Positions 53,073-64,000 of a stretch of DNA of 64,000 nucleotides are shown here, piece by piece. Source of the stretch: Prochlorococcus sp. W8 (lineage in GTDB: Bacteria; Cyanobacteriota; Cyanobacteriia; PCC-6307; Cyanobiaceae); contig ALPF01000004.1 of the NCBI GenBank assembly GCA_000291825.1, positions 45,589 to 109,588 on the forward strand, written 5' to 3'. The notes under the pieces are model-generated. The model was given only the letters and a program-made list of their open reading frames with translations, was not told the DNA's origin and searched no databases. The position numbers and the translations under genes were made by a program. How positions within the stretch are numbered: position 1 is the stretch's first letter; each line of letters starts with the position of its first letter.

Positions 53073-54191
53073 GTGTTTGATTTTGAGACTACATCTTTTT
53101 GCAAGCATTCATCTGCTAGGACTGGTTTATTTTATACTCCACATGGCATAGTTGAAACGCCAAAATTTATGCCAGTAGGAACACTTGGAACAGTTAAAGG
53201 CATAAGTTCTAGTCAGTTAGCTTCTACTAATGCATCGATGATTTTATCTAATACATTTCATCTACATCTTCAGCCTGGTGAAAGTATTATTAAAAATGCT
53301 GGTGGTATACATAAATTTATGAATTGGGATAAACCAATACTCACAGATTCTGGAGGTTATCAAGTATTTAGTTTGGCAAATTTGAATAAAATAACTAATG
53401 CTGGAGTGGATTTTAAAAATCCCAGAGATGGAAGTCATGTCTTCTTTTCGCCGGAAAAAGTTATGGCAATACAAATGGATATCGGATCAGATATTACAAT
53501 GGCCTTTGATCACTGTCCTCCTCATACGGCCTCAGAAAATGATATTGAAGATTCTTTGATAAGGACTCATCATTGGTTAGAAAGATGTATTCAAGCTAAG
53601 ACTAGAGGTGATCAGGCACTATTTGGAATAGTTCAAGGAGGGAAATATCCTGCTTTGAGAGAATTAAGCGCTAATTTCGTAAGCTCATTTAATTTACCTG
53701 GTATCGCAGTTGGTGGCGTAAGTGTCGGAGAAGATATTAAGGAGATTCATAATGTTATAAATCACATAACAAACTTTTTACCTGTTAATAAACCCAGATA
53801 CTTGATGGGCATAGGTTCTTTAAATGAAATTGTGATGGCAATTTCAAAGGGTTTTGATTTATTCGATTGTGTTTTACCTACCCGACTGGGCAGGCATGGA
53901 ACTGCATTATTTAATAATGAAAGGTGGAATATGAGAAATGCTCGATTTAAGAATGATTATTTACCAATTGATAAAACATGCTCTTGTGAAACATGTACAA
54001 ATTATTCTCGTGCTTATATACATCACCTTGTAAGGAATGATGAAAAACTAGGCCTTACCTTGATTAGTTTGCATAATATTCATCATTTAATTCGATTTAC
54101 GTCTTCCATTTCAAAAGCAATTAAAGATAATTGTTTTACAATAGGTTTCGCTCCTTGGAAAAGATCCTCTATTGCTCACCATACGTGGTAA
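53073..54191 (+). CDS. tgt: tRNA-guanine transglycosylase
   Basis: [42 protein letters not shown]. Confidence 0.98.
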   Translation: MFDFETTSFCKHSSARTGLFYTPHGIVETPKFMPVGTLGTVKGISSSQLASTNASMILSNTFHLHLQPGESIIKNAGGIHKFMNWDKPILTDSGGYQVFSLANLNKITNAGVDFKNPRDGSHVFFSPEKVMAIQMDIGSDITMAFDHCPPHTASENDIEDSLIRTHHWLERCIQAKTRGDQALFGIVQGGKYPALRELSANFVSSFNLPGIAVGGVSVGEDIKEIHNVINHITNFLPVNKPRYLMGIGSLNEIVMAISKGFDLFDCVLPTRLGRHGTALFNNERWNMRNARFKNDYLPIDKTCSCETCTNYSRAYIHHLVRNDEKLGLTLISLHNIHHLIRFTSSISKAIKDNCFTIGFAPWKRSSIAHHTW

Positions 54192-54224
54192 CGTCTTATA
54201 GTAATTATATATTTTATTTAGAAG

Positions 54225-54365
54225 GTGTTGTTTTTTTTAAATACATTCGCTGAACTCCCAGAGGCATACAAAGCTTTTGCTCCAACTGTTGATGTTCTAC
54301 CATTGATCCCTCTATTTTTCTTTTTATTAGTTTTTGTCTGGCAAGCTGCTGTTGGTTTTAAATAA
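54225..54365 (+). CDS. psbK: Photosystem II protein PsbK
   Basis: Not in ORF track. GTG start, [46 protein letters not shown]. Confidence 0.97.
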   Translation: MLFFLNTFAELPEAYKAFAPTVDVLPLIPLFFFLLVFVWQAAVGFK

Positions 54366-55362
54366 GTGTTTCTAAGATTATTCCCTTATTAGGCTTTTCT
54401 ACTGCACATTCAATAAAATCTGCAATGCTAAGTGCTCTTGAGGCTTGTTCTCCATCCACTTCTGGTAACTCTTTACCTTGAACACATTTCAAAAAGTGTT
54501 CAAGTTCTGCATAAAGTGGTTCAATTGATGTAGTACTAACCTCTTCTACGAATCCATCATTGCGATAAACTAACTCGCCGTGATCTGCGGTATAAGATTC
54601 ATTTGATTTTCTATGAATATGAAGTGTATGATTGAGAAAATCAGTTTCCACTAAGGAATTCTGGCAATGAACGCTTAAACTACGTATTTTTTTATGACTC
54701 ATTTTGCTTGCAGTAAGACTAGCTATAACATTGTTGTTAAATACTATAGTCGCATTCACATAGTCAATTAAACCATCTTTATTACGGCCTCCTACAGCTG
54801 ATAAATTTTTAATTTTTGAGTTAACTAATTCCAGAATAAGATCTATGTCATGAATCATTAGATCCATCACCACAGAAACATCATTGGCTCTATCTGCATT
54901 GGGACTATGTCTTCTGGCTTCTAAAACAACTATTTTCTCATTATTGATAATTTTGGATAATTCTCGAAAGGCTGGATTGAAACGTTCTATATGACCAACT
55001 TGTAATAAGCAGTTTTTACTTTTAGATGCTTTTATAAGAGAGGCTGCTTCTGCTTCTCTAGCTGCTATTGGTTTCTCAATAAGTACATGTACGCCAGCAT
55101 TAAGGCAATCTAATCCAACTTTATGATGCAAAAGAGTTGGAACTGCAATACAAATTGCATCTACTTTCGCTATTAAATCATGATAATTTCCGTACCAAGC
55201 GCATTGGAATTGATCAATAGCTAATTTACCTCTTTCTTCATTAAGATCTGCAACCCCTACTAATTCTGCATCTTTTAGTAGGCTAAGCACCCTAGCATGA
55301 TGCCATCCCATATTACCAATACCAATGACTCCGACCTTTACTGGGTATGAGTCTTTTTTCAT
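54358..55362 (-). CDS. Gfo/Idh/MocA family oxidoreductase
   Basis: [29 protein letters not shown]. Confidence 0.92.
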   Translation of the reverse strand: MKKDSYPVKVGVIGIGNMGWHHARVLSLLKDAELVGVADLNEERGKLAIDQFQCAWYGNYHDLIAKVDAICIAVPTLLHHKVGLDCLNAGVHVLIEKPIAAREAEAASLIKASKSKNCLLQVGHIERFNPAFRELSKIINNEKIVVLEARRHSPNADRANDVSVVMDLMIHDIDLILELVNSKIKNLSAVGGRNKDGLIDYVNATIVFNNNVIASLTASKMSHKKIRSLSVHCQNSLVETDFLNHTLHIHRKSNESYTADHGELVYRNDGFVEEVSTTSIEPLYAELEHFLKCVQGKELPEVDGEQASRALSIADFIECAVEKPNKGIILETLI

Positions 55363-55411
55363 TTCTTATTTTCCATAGATATTTAATATTATCGTCTATA
55401 AGATGATCAGT

Positions 55412-56680
55412 TTAGGTTAATGGAAGAATTATTTTTACACGATCAATTTTTGGACCAGACATAGATATTATTTCAAATTTAATATTTTTATATTCTAAAG
55501 TATCGCCTATACTCGGAACCAATTGAAATTTTTCTAATAAAAAACCCGCAAGTGTGTGATAGTCAGTACCCTCCGGAATGAAACAATCTAACCTCTTATT
55601 TATCTCAATAATTTCAGCTTTGCCTGCTAAAGACCATTTCTTCGAGGAATTATCCAATTGTTTCATATCGGAATAAAGTTTATTATTTTGCATTTCATCT
55701 CCTACTATTTCTCCAGTTAAGTCAGCAGCTGTAATTAAACCTTCAGTGCCTCCATGTTCGTCGACAACAAGGAGAAATGGATTGTAATCTCTCACTAATG
55801 GTAGTATTTCTGCTAGCGAACATGTCTCAATTACTTTTGTCACCGGAAGAAGAAACGGTTCTAAAGGTGTATTTGCATCCATTTCGCCTTTAGATATAGG
55901 CTTTGCAAGATATCGAAGATCTAAAACACCTAAAACATCATCCAGAGATTCATCAATTACAAAAAATCTTGCATGCCTTGTTTTATCAACCTGTTCCATA
56001 AGTTTTGAAAAAGTTATATCTTTAGGCAAAGTCACCATCTCTGATCTAGGGATCATTGCCTCTTTTACTTTTGTGTCTTTTAGGGCAAAAACCCCCTCAA
56101 TTATATTTTTTTCATCTGGTTTTAGACCTGTAACATTGTTAGTTTCTATTAATGTTTCCAGTTCGCCTGCCGACAAACCCAAATTTAATGAGTCCCATTT
56201 ATTATTTAAATTAAATAATCTTAGGCATGCGCTTGCAAATAATTCAAGAATCGAAACTACTGGTTTCATCCCCTTTCTCACAGCTTCAAAAATTGTTGTT
56301 AATCTTAAAGCTGCAGTTTCAGGATTATTGATTACCAGTGCTTTTGGAATTAGGCCTGAGACAAGTGTGCTGATTAAAACAATTATAAAAAAAAGGAAAA
56401 GATCAAAAAACCTGCTTTTTAAGGAATTTATTGTCCATACACTGCTAGCTATGCTTTTACCTAACCATCCTATTGCTACATATGAGATAGTGACTCCAAA
56501 TTGAGATGTGATGAGAGAAGATCTAAATCTTTTTTGAATTTTTAATATTGAGTATGCCCCTTTCCTTTTCTCTTCAATTAATCTAAGGACTTTACTTGGT
56601 CTGAGAAGTAAAACTGAAAGTTCACTAGCCGCAAAGAAAGCAGGCAATATTAGAAAAAGAAATAAAAAAATTATTTTCAT
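55412..56680 (-). CDS. HlyC/CorC (CNNM-CBS) family membrane protein
   Basis: FFAASE, MIPRSE, VVDEHGGTEGLIT..D...EIVG, TLAGF. Confidence 0.9.
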   Translation of the reverse strand: MKIIFLFLFLILPAFFAASELSVLLLRPSKVLRLIEEKRKGAYSILKIQKRFRSSLITSQFGVTISYVAIGWLGKSIASSVWTINSLKSRFFDLFLFFIIVLISTLVSGLIPKALVINNPETAALRLTTIFEAVRKGMKPVVSILELFASACLRLFNLNNKWDSLNLGLSAGELETLIETNNVTGLKPDEKNIIEGVFALKDTKVKEAMIPRSEMVTLPKDITFSKLMEQVDKTRHARFFVIDESLDDVLGVLDLRYLAKPISKGEMDANTPLEPFLLPVTKVIETCSLAEILPLVRDYNPFLLVVDEHGGTEGLITAADLTGEIVGDEMQNNKLYSDMKQLDNSSKKWSLAGKAEIIEINKRLDCFIPEGTDYHTLAGFLLEKFQLVPSIGDTLEYKNIKFEIISMSGPKIDRVKIILPLT

Positions 56681-56698
56681 GCATTTTCAAATTGGTGA

Positions 56699-56771
56699 TG
56701 GGGGTGGCGAGGATCGAACTCGCCTAAGGCGAATTATGAGTTCGCTGCATTCACCAGATTGCTACACCCCC
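56699..56771 (-). tRNA. tRNA with CAT anticodon, probably tRNA-Ile2 (lysidine); Met not excluded
   Basis: GGGGGTGTAGCAATCTGGTGAATGCAGCGAACTCATAATTCGCCTTAGGCGAGTTCGATCCTCGCCACCCCCA. Lacks initiator features (paired 1:72, no GGG/CCC anticodon stem). Confidence 0.92.
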
Positions 56772-56907
56772 CAAATTTGTACATTAAAAAACAATGTTTA
56801 TATATATATAGTACACAAAAATAATATTTCAAAAAGCACCAACTTAGGAAGGTTTTGTGAGATTTCTTTTTTTTCTTCTAATCTTTAAATATATAAATGC
56901 TTTTTTT

Positions 56908-57471
56908 ATGGATAATTTATCTAAAGATTTCAATGATAAAAGGGCTAAGCTTTGTCAACTTTTGCAACAGAGATCTTATAGAAATGGTGACTTTACATTA
57001 TCTTCAGGTAAAAAAAGTCCGCACTATATTAATTGTAAACCTGTTTCTCTTAATGGATATGGATTAAATTTGATAAGTGATTTATTTCTAGAATTAATTG
57101 ATCCACAATCTAAAGTAGTTGCTGGATTAACTTTAGGGGCAGATCCATTAGTAAGTGGAGTAATTGTATTAGCTGCGAATCGTAGTTTATTCCTTGATGG
57201 TTTAATTATCAGAAAGGAAGTTAAAAAATATGGTACAAAAGCAGGCGTGGAGGGTCCTGATTTAGAACCTCATAATATTGTTACTGTTTTAGAGGATGTT
57301 GTTACTACTGCAGGATCTTGTTTGAAAGCAATACAAAAGTTAAGAGATAATAATTTTATTGTTAACGAGGTTATTTCAATAGTTGATAGAGAGGAGGGGG
57401 GAGAAGGGAATCTTTTAAAAAACAATATAAAGTTAAAAAGTTTATTTAAAATACGTGATTTTGTAAATTGA
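56908..57471 (+). CDS. pyrE: Orotate phosphoribosyltransferase
   Basis: [29 protein letters not shown]; ATG at 56908. Confidence 0.96.
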   Translation: MDNLSKDFNDKRAKLCQLLQQRSYRNGDFTLSSGKKSPHYINCKPVSLNGYGLNLISDLFLELIDPQSKVVAGLTLGADPLVSGVIVLAANRSLFLDGLIIRKEVKKYGTKAGVEGPDLEPHNIVTVLEDVVTTAGSCLKAIQKLRDNNFIVNEVISIVDREEGGEGNLLKNNIKLKSLFKIRDFVN

Positions 57472-58313
57472 TGAAATCAATAATAAATAATGGTAATTAT
57501 TGGTTAGAAGAGTTTGATGCTCTTTTGATTAAAGGAAAAGACTCTAATAGATTCTTGAATGGCTTAACAACTTCAAATATGAATTTACAAAATGAAGTTG
57601 TTCAAACCTGTTGGTTGACACCTAAAGGCGCTTTAAGAGCAATATTGGAAATATATTTCTATGAAAATCATATGGTTATTATTGCTTTAGAAGGCGATCT
57701 TTATGAAATTAAAAAGTTTTTTGAAGATATGATATTTCCTTCTGATGATATTTTATTAAGTAATATATTTAAAAACTATAGAATTCAAGAAACAGATGAG
57801 CTTATTCCTTGGCGCGAAGGATGTCCTAAATTAATTAAAGAAAATAATATTGAAGAGTATTTAAAAAAAAATAATTTCAAGATTATGGATCAAATAAGCC
57901 TTAAAAATTGGAAAATTTCCCAAGCAATTCCAAAAATAGATTATGAAATAGACGGGAACCACAATCCTCTTGAATTAGGTTTAATAGACCTTGTGGATTT
58001 TAATAAAGGATGTTATTTAGGACAAGAGACTATGGCTAGATTAAGAAAATTATCATCATTAAAACAAGAAGTTAGGATATGGAATGGATCTTTATTAGAA
58101 AAAAATATAGTTTGTAAAAACAAAAAAATTTATCTAAATAAACTAAAGGATACGATTGTAGGATATATCACGTCATACACAGTTGGTAAAAACTTAAAAG
58201 TAAAAGGTCTGGCTATAATTAAAAATAAATATTTAGAGGTTAATCAATCTTTTCATTTAGAAGATTTTGGAGAAATAAGTATAAAAAAATCTGTAGGCTC
58301 TATTTTTCTTTGA
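57468..58313 (+). CDS. Folate-binding protein YgfZ/GcvT-like
   Basis: G.D..RFL.G..T and KGCYLGQE signature. Confidence 0.9.
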   Translation: MMKSIINNGNYWLEEFDALLIKGKDSNRFLNGLTTSNMNLQNEVVQTCWLTPKGALRAILEIYFYENHMVIIALEGDLYEIKKFFEDMIFPSDDILLSNIFKNYRIQETDELIPWREGCPKLIKENNIEEYLKKNNFKIMDQISLKNWKISQAIPKIDYEIDGNHNPLELGLIDLVDFNKGCYLGQETMARLRKLSSLKQEVRIWNGSLLEKNIVCKNKKIYLNKLKDTIVGYITSYTVGKNLKVKGLAIIKNKYLEVNQSFHLEDFGEISIKKSVGSIFL

Positions 58314-59730
58314 AATTATACTTTAAGTTATTTAATAACCACCTTGCAATATGCAATGTTGCTAGACAATCATCTTTATTGTATTTGATTATTTTTTCGA
58401 GAAATATATTAGTTTGGTTGTCTTGATATTGAAGCCACCAAAATAATGCTTTAGAGCCACTTACATTATTTTGTTCCCAATTATAGCCTACCCAATTTGC
58501 AACTGTTTTTAAACTATAGTTTTTCAATGGCAGTATCCAAGATTTTCTTACTATTAAGTGCAAATCTATGAATCTTGATTTTAGTATTTCAATTTCTGAT
58601 TCAAAAAAATTTGCTTCCCTTGCAAGCTTAATAATTGCAATTTTTTCTGTATCTCCATAATGTAATATGGGCCAATTTTTTTTGGATATTAATTTTGTTA
58701 ATATTTTTGGATTAGATATTATTTTCTTTTCATTTTTTAAATTAAGTATTGGTTCATAAATATCATCTTTTGAATTTTGCCAAATATTGCTTATTGAAAG
58801 TAGTCCATATAGGAAATCATGATTCTCATCTGGATTTGATTCGATATCAAATATTAAGAATCCAGGGTTTGCTTCAAAAAAGATTTTTAAATATTTATCT
58901 CTATTTGGTAAACTAATTGCACTTCCTGATTTATATGCAATGGACTGATCTATGAATTTTGAATATTTTGTAATGTTTTTATCATGGTATTTTAATAATT
59001 TTTGCTCTAATTCATTTTTATTAAAAGTCGCTAATTGATTAATATTTTGTATACCAAGTTTCTTTAAAAATTTAGAAGTATTTAAACCTATACCATCAAT
59101 ATCAGTTAAATATCCTTTTAATTTGGCTTCATTATCACAATATTTTTGCCAATAACATATTGAACACTTTTTTCTATTTTCTGTGATCTCAGGAATATTT
59201 TGAATTAAAGAATTGTTTAGTTCAGAAAAGATATTAACAGCTTTATCCTTTAATTTATCTTTTAAAAAAATTTTTTCTACTTTTATTTGATTTTTGTATC
59301 TTTTAAAAACTAGTCCATGCTCAACTTTTGAATTTTGGAATTTTTCTAAAGCTATTGAAGATAAGGCTAAATCAAATAAATGTTCTTTAGTGGTACGATT
59401 ACCTAATTTTGATATTGCGGGAATATATTTATATCTACCCCAAATACTTTTTCCTTTTACTTTAATTAGTATTGAAGGATTAACCAGTATTTCTAGATCA
59501 TTTTTTAAAATATGTTTCATTTTCATTCCAAGAACACCAACATAACCCTCCTCACAACCTTTTATGCCACTAAATAATTTACTACCTGTGTATTTTTCAA
59601 AAGTTTTGAACTCTACATAGTTCTGAATTGCATTCTGCGCAGACCAGCTCTTATATTGTTTATCTGCCTTAAAATCTAGCCAAGCTTTCCTTCTACACTT
59701 TAAATAACTTTTAAGTAAGAAATTATTCAA
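58300..59730 (-). CDS. TM0106-family RecB/Cas4-like protein with C-terminal RNase H-like exonuclease domain
   Basis: C.R..W and C..C.W...C Cys pattern, HhH-like IDGIG, FDIE, HY...E, DL, YSLK, YN.DDC.AT. Confidence 0.85.
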   Translation of the reverse strand: MNNFLLKSYLKCRRKAWLDFKADKQYKSWSAQNAIQNYVEFKTFEKYTGSKLFSGIKGCEEGYVGVLGMKMKHILKNDLEILVNPSILIKVKGKSIWGRYKYIPAISKLGNRTTKEHLFDLALSSIALEKFQNSKVEHGLVFKRYKNQIKVEKIFLKDKLKDKAVNIFSELNNSLIQNIPEITENRKKCSICYWQKYCDNEAKLKGYLTDIDGIGLNTSKFLKKLGIQNINQLATFNKNELEQKLLKYHDKNITKYSKFIDQSIAYKSGSAISLPNRDKYLKIFFEANPGFLIFDIESNPDENHDFLYGLLSISNIWQNSKDDIYEPILNLKNEKKIISNPKILTKLISKKNWPILHYGDTEKIAIIKLAREANFFESEIEILKSRFIDLHLIVRKSWILPLKNYSLKTVANWVGYNWEQNNVSGSKALFWWLQYQDNQTNIFLEKIIKYNKDDCLATLHIARWLLNNLKYNFKEK

Positions 59731-59805
59731 AAAATTTAAGCGTTGTTAAATTAATACTACATAAATTATTATAGAAATCTAAATCTAATAAAGGAGCTTA
59801 ATAAG

Positions 59806-61260
59806 TTGGATCAAACTGTTTCCTCATCTATTAAATTTGGAACAGATGGGTGGAGGGGGATAATAGGTTTTGATTTTAATATGGCAAATTTGATTAGAGT
59901 GGTTGTTGCTTCTTGTCAAGAACTAAAGTTTCAATATTCAGATAATGTAAAAAGCAAAAAAATTTTAATAGGATATGATCGCAGATTTATGGCTGAATAT
60001 TTTGCAAAATCAATAATTCCTTATATAAATGCTTGTGGATTGGAAGTTATCTTATCAAGTAGTTTTGTAACTACCCCTTCTTGTAGTTTATATGTAAGAG
60101 AATTAAATATTTTAGGCGCATTAGTTATTACAGCTAGCCATAATCCATATAATTGGCTTGGTTTGAAAATAAAAAATTTTCAGGGTTCTTCTGTAAATGA
60201 ATTATTTACTAAGGAAGTAGAGAGAAGAATCAAGTTAGGGAACATAACAGAACCAGTTAATTTAAATTATCAAATTGAGGATATTAAACAAATTCATATA
60301 AAAAAAATTAATTCATATTTTGATATGCAATTTATTTTAGAAAGATTGAGAAAAATGAATATAAAAATTTATATTGATGCAATGCATGGTTCAGCTGCAG
60401 AAAGTATAAATCAACTTTTTCAAGATAATGCAGGTGGTGTTATTCAAGGCATTAGAGAAGAAAAAGATGTTTACTTTAGTGGTAATCCACCAGAGCCATT
60501 AATGAATTATCTCGATCAATTAAAAGATACCCTACTACGAAAAACGAAGGAGGGTTTTAAAACACTAGGAATAGTATTTGATGGAGATGGAGACAGGATA
60601 GCTGTAATAGATGAAAAAGGTCGATATTGTAGTACTCAAGTTTTATTTCCTTATTTTTTACATTCTCTAGGTGCAAAAGTTAAGAATAATCATTCAGTAC
60701 TAAAAACTGTAAGTGGCTCTGATGTTATTACTAATATTGCAAAAAGTCAAAATAGAAATGTTATTGAGTTACCAGTTGGGTTTAAATATATAGCAGAAAA
60801 GATGATTCAGGAAAAAACTTTTATTGGAGGAGAAGAATCTGGAGGAATTGGTTTCGGTGATTTCTTCCCAGAAAGGGATGCCTTATTTGCTTCTATAGTT
60901 TTATTAAATTGTATTGCAAATGAAGAGAAATATCTTTGCGATAGTTTAGACAATATCCAAAGAAATTATGGTCCAAGCTTTTATGAAAGGGTTGATATTA
61001 ATTTTCCAGATAACTCTAAGAAAAATCTTTTAAAAAACTACATATCTGATAACATTCCAAAATATATTTGTAATAATAAAATAAAAAATATATCTCATCA
61101 AGATGGAATAAAATTACGAATTGATAATAATTATTGGGTGCTTTTTAGATTCTCTGGAACTGAACCTTTACTAAGATTGTATTGTGAAGCACCTTCAAAG
61201 GAAAGCCTTAAAAATACATTACATTGGAGTAAGAATTTTATAAAAAATATCATAGATTAA
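59806..61260 (+). CDS. Phosphoglucomutase/phosphomannomutase family protein
   Basis: FGTDGWRG, TASHNP, DGDGDR, GGEESGG, RFSGTEP. Confidence 0.93.
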   Translation: MDQTVSSSIKFGTDGWRGIIGFDFNMANLIRVVVASCQELKFQYSDNVKSKKILIGYDRRFMAEYFAKSIIPYINACGLEVILSSSFVTTPSCSLYVRELNILGALVITASHNPYNWLGLKIKNFQGSSVNELFTKEVERRIKLGNITEPVNLNYQIEDIKQIHIKKINSYFDMQFILERLRKMNIKIYIDAMHGSAAESINQLFQDNAGGVIQGIREEKDVYFSGNPPEPLMNYLDQLKDTLLRKTKEGFKTLGIVFDGDGDRIAVIDEKGRYCSTQVLFPYFLHSLGAKVKNNHSVLKTVSGSDVITNIAKSQNRNVIELPVGFKYIAEKMIQEKTFIGGEESGGIGFGDFFPERDALFASIVLLNCIANEEKYLCDSLDNIQRNYGPSFYERVDINFPDNSKKNLLKNYISDNIPKYICNNKIKNISHQDGIKLRIDNNYWVLFRFSGTEPLLRLYCEAPSKESLKNTLHWSKNFIKNIID

Positions 61261-61839
61261 ATGCAAAAAATTTTATATCTAGCAAGTAAAAATTTGGGTA
61301 AAATTACTGAGTACAAGAAAATGCTTAGAGATATTAATTGCCAATTATTATTACAACCCAGTCACATAGATGTTATTGAGGATGGTAATAATTTTAGAGA
61401 TAACGCTAAAAAAAAAGCTTGCGAGATTTCTAAACAAACAAAAAATTATGCTATCGCTGATGACTCTGGTTTATGTATTGAGGCATTAAATGGCCGTCCA
61501 GGTATTTTTTCTTCAAGATTTGCAGCTACTGACCAAAAAAGGATTAACCGTGTTCTAGATGAACTTAAAGGCAATAACAATAGAAGTGCTTTTTTTGTAG
61601 CAAATATATGCTTGACTTCCCCCAGGGGTGAAGTAATTGTAGATGTAGAGGATAGATGTTATGGGAATATTTTATACGACTGTAGAGGTCAAGGTGGATT
61701 TGGGTATGATCCTATCTTTGAGGAGTTAAGTACAAATTTGACTTTTGCCGAAATGAATCACGAACTTAAAGATAAACTAAGCCATAGGGGAAGAGCAATA
61801 AAAAAGATAATCCCTCATTTGGTTTCTATTTTTAAATAA
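61261..61839 (+). CDS. rdgB: Non-canonical purine NTP pyrophosphatase (HAM1)
   Basis: N.GK..E, ADDSGL...AL.G.PG, GFGYDPIF, SHRG.A. Confidence 0.95.
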   Translation: MQKILYLASKNLGKITEYKKMLRDINCQLLLQPSHIDVIEDGNNFRDNAKKKACEISKQTKNYAIADDSGLCIEALNGRPGIFSSRFAATDQKRINRVLDELKGNNNRSAFFVANICLTSPRGEVIVDVEDRCYGNILYDCRGQGGFGYDPIFEELSTNLTFAEMNHELKDKLSHRGRAIKKIIPHLVSIFK

Positions 61840-61844
61840 TATTA

Positions 61845-63332
61845 TTAATTACCTGCCCAAGATCCGTGTAGTCCATGAGGAATGTTTATTGGTAATTCAT
61901 AAGTGCATAAATGACCCATGGATTTAGAATCTAATATGATCAAATCGCTGCCTCTTCTAGCACCATTCCATAAAAGGATTAAAAGATAACCTTCATCTTC
62001 TATTTTAGAATTTACTTTAGGGACCATTATAGGTTCACTAACAAAACCTCGAGGTGCTGCAGACCAAATTATTTCTTCCTTTGTTAATAAATTAATTTTT
62101 TTTATAGCTTGTAAAGGTGCATTTCCAGTTTTTGCATTTGTGCAAGCCATCCAACTATATGAAGCTTTGATTCCTGTAAAGTTAGGGTTGATTACTGCAA
62201 ATTCGCAAGTTTGTTCACTAATAGTTAGTAATTCTGAATATAAACTTTTCAGATTTATAAATGATCTCTTAAGTTTACCTGCAGGATATTTTTCAAAATC
62301 TATATCTCTAAAATCTTCATCAGGACCAACAGATGGGAAATCATCATAAAAAATACTATCAAGGATAATATTACCTTCATCTTCATAAGCATTTACATGA
62401 TGGAATACAAATCCTTCAGGAGCATCAATAATTATAGGTGCTTTCCCTTTAAATAATCCGCTATCCCTAGGTACAATGAAAAACTTCGCTTTTTTATTAG
62501 GATTGGATTTTAAGCATTGTGCAGCACCTTTTTGACCCATAACGAATGGGAGAGGATTAAAATCAATTGCATTTTGCAAAAAGATTGCCCAATTTGTTGT
62601 AATTGCAAAATCATGTAAAAATGCGAAACCGTTTAATTTATCTTTTCTATCAAATAGAATCTCTCCTGCATTATTACCGTTATTTGCGAATTCCATTAAT
62701 CTTATTGTGCTTTGTGGACCAGTTTGAACTCCGAAAGTAACAAGAACCTCTTTTGAGAATTTTGAATTTAAATCTAACTTAGGATGAGCACTAAAAGCTT
62801 CATTTTTTTTTAGAACACCTTTAAGAGTAGTCAATCCTATTGTTTCAAGATTGTTGGGATCGAGAGCATGAGGTCCTGCTGCTTCCCATAGAGCAAGTAA
62901 CTCGTCTCCCAATTTTATGACGTGGGTATTTGCAATATTTTTAAAATTTAAATCTAATAAGTTATTTAAAATACCACCTTTCTTTTGTGACCCAAATACT
63001 CCTCTATAAAGAAATTTGTTTTTCTTTTGTTCCTCTAAATAACCTTTTGTTTTAACAAATTTATTTGTAAAAGTCGCTTTGCCATCCTCAAATTTAATAG
63101 CTGTTATCATACCGTCTCCATCGAAGGGATGATGAAGCCACTGTCCATCTCGTTCTAATATACCTGGTCCATTTTTAAAAAAAGTCCCATTTAATTCTTT
63201 AATGGAGTTACCTCTAGTTAATTCTAAATTCTTATTTTCTAATTCTAATTCGACATTTTGATAGGCACTTGACCAATCTTCTTTGTTGAATTGATTATTT
63301 TTGATAGTTTCCTTTTCTTGTAAACTTGTCAC
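61845..63332 (-). CDS. Carotenoid/apocarotenoid cleavage oxygenase (RPE65 family)
   Basis: HPFDGDG, SAHPK, HDFAIT, FHH.NAYE, SEP, EDEG, HGLHG iron-ligand motifs. Confidence 0.93.
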   Translation of the reverse strand: MTSLQEKETIKNNQFNKEDWSSAYQNVELELENKNLELTRGNSIKELNGTFFKNGPGILERDGQWLHHPFDGDGMITAIKFEDGKATFTNKFVKTKGYLEEQKKNKFLYRGVFGSQKKGGILNNLLDLNFKNIANTHVIKLGDELLALWEAAGPHALDPNNLETIGLTTLKGVLKKNEAFSAHPKLDLNSKFSKEVLVTFGVQTGPQSTIRLMEFANNGNNAGEILFDRKDKLNGFAFLHDFAITTNWAIFLQNAIDFNPLPFVMGQKGAAQCLKSNPNKKAKFFIVPRDSGLFKGKAPIIIDAPEGFVFHHVNAYEDEGNIILDSIFYDDFPSVGPDEDFRDIDFEKYPAGKLKRSFINLKSLYSELLTISEQTCEFAVINPNFTGIKASYSWMACTNAKTGNAPLQAIKKINLLTKEEIIWSAAPRGFVSEPIMVPKVNSKIEDEGYLLILLWNGARRGSDLIILDSKSMGHLCTYELPINIPHGLHGSWAGN

Positions 63333-63409
63333 TTTTGCTTCTAATTTGTTTTATTCTCGCTAAAAATCATTGAAATTGTGGATATCCGATTAAATAATGA
63401 TTTTTATAA

Positions 63410-64000
63410 TTACTTTTCAAGCATGCCTTTACTACTAGGTATAGTTTCAGATCTTCTTTTATCTATTTCAGTAGCCATCCTCATTGCACGTGAAAAAGCT
63501 TTAAAACAAGCTTCTACTATATGATGCGCATTAATACCCTGTATTTGATTAATGTGAAGTGTTATTCCACTATTATTTACAAAAGCTATAAAAAATTCTC
63601 TCACTAATTCAGTATCGTAAGACCCAATTTTGGAAGATTGAAGTTTAAGATTATATGACAAATGTGGTCGGCCTGAACAATCTAGAGTTACTTGGATTAA
63701 TGCCTCGTCGAGGGGAGCTAGGAAATGCCCAAATCTATTGATTCCTTTTCGATCCCCAAGGGATTTAGAAAAAGCTTTGCCTAAGGCTATTCCTATATCC
63801 TCATTAGTATGGTGATCATCAATCTCGATGTCTCCTATCGCTTTGATATTTAAGTCGAATAATCCATGACTAGAAATTTGATGAAGCATATGATCTAAGA
63901 ATGGAACTCCTGTATCGATATTTGAGTTTCCGTTACCATCAATATTCAGAAAAACGCTTATTTCTGTTTCATTAGTTTTTCGCTGAACTTCTGCCTGTCT
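63410..64000 (-). CDS. hisB: Imidazoleglycerol-phosphate dehydratase (5' end outside the window)
   Basis: Frame is open to the window edge ([14 protein letters not shown]...[10 protein letters not shown]); [21 protein letters not shown]. Confidence 0.97.
   Translation of the reverse strand, partial: RQAEVQRKTNETEISVFLNIDGNGNSNIDTGVPFLDHMLHQISSHGLFDLNIKAIGDIEIDDHHTNEDIGIALGKAFSKSLGDRKGINRFGHFLAPLDEALIQVTLDCSGRPHLSYNLKLQSSKIGSYDTELVREFFIAFVNNSGITLHINQIQGINAHHIVEACFKAFSRAMRMATEIDKRRSETIPSSKGMLEK

Noticed and set aside
56679-56888. 69-aa ORF
   Set aside because: Reads across the antisense strand of the CAT-anticodon tRNA.
1-64000. CRISPR arrays, transposases, prophage or defence genes
   Set aside because: No regularly spaced repeats or such genes seen; the Cas4-like fusion has no cas context.

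Overview
AT-rich core-genome segment of a marine picocyanobacterium. Gene order, compactness and the PsbA/PsbH/PsbI/Amt1 sequences point to Prochlorococcus, probably a high-light-type or related streamlined lineage (inference from recalled sequences, no search run). It runs from sbtA (partial) through hemB, mutS2, obgE, cp12, psbA, aroC, ftsH, sat, psbO, coaBC, pyrB, gatC, crtR, ileS, glmM, thyX-dcd, ntcA, psbH/N/I, leuCD, glyA, amt1, ispH, purH, a Hik2-like kinase, cobS, tgt, psbK and pyrE to hisB (partial). It has three tRNAs (Leu-TAG, Arg-ACG, CAT probably Ile2). I saw no mobile element, prophage, CRISPR array or genomic island. The best leads are small-scale: a ~175-nt leader of five tandem hairpins with an alternative pairing ahead of an Arg/Lys-rich DUF3155 gene; a crtR whose conserved N-terminal third has no canonical start and overlaps a 3-codon uORF; tandem NrdR-like boxes ahead of a degenerate cobO-dcd-thyX operon; an unlisted 42-aa ORF divergent from psbA; and a decayed pseudogene downstream of ileS. 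All product calls come from motif recognition and remembered gene order, not database searches.
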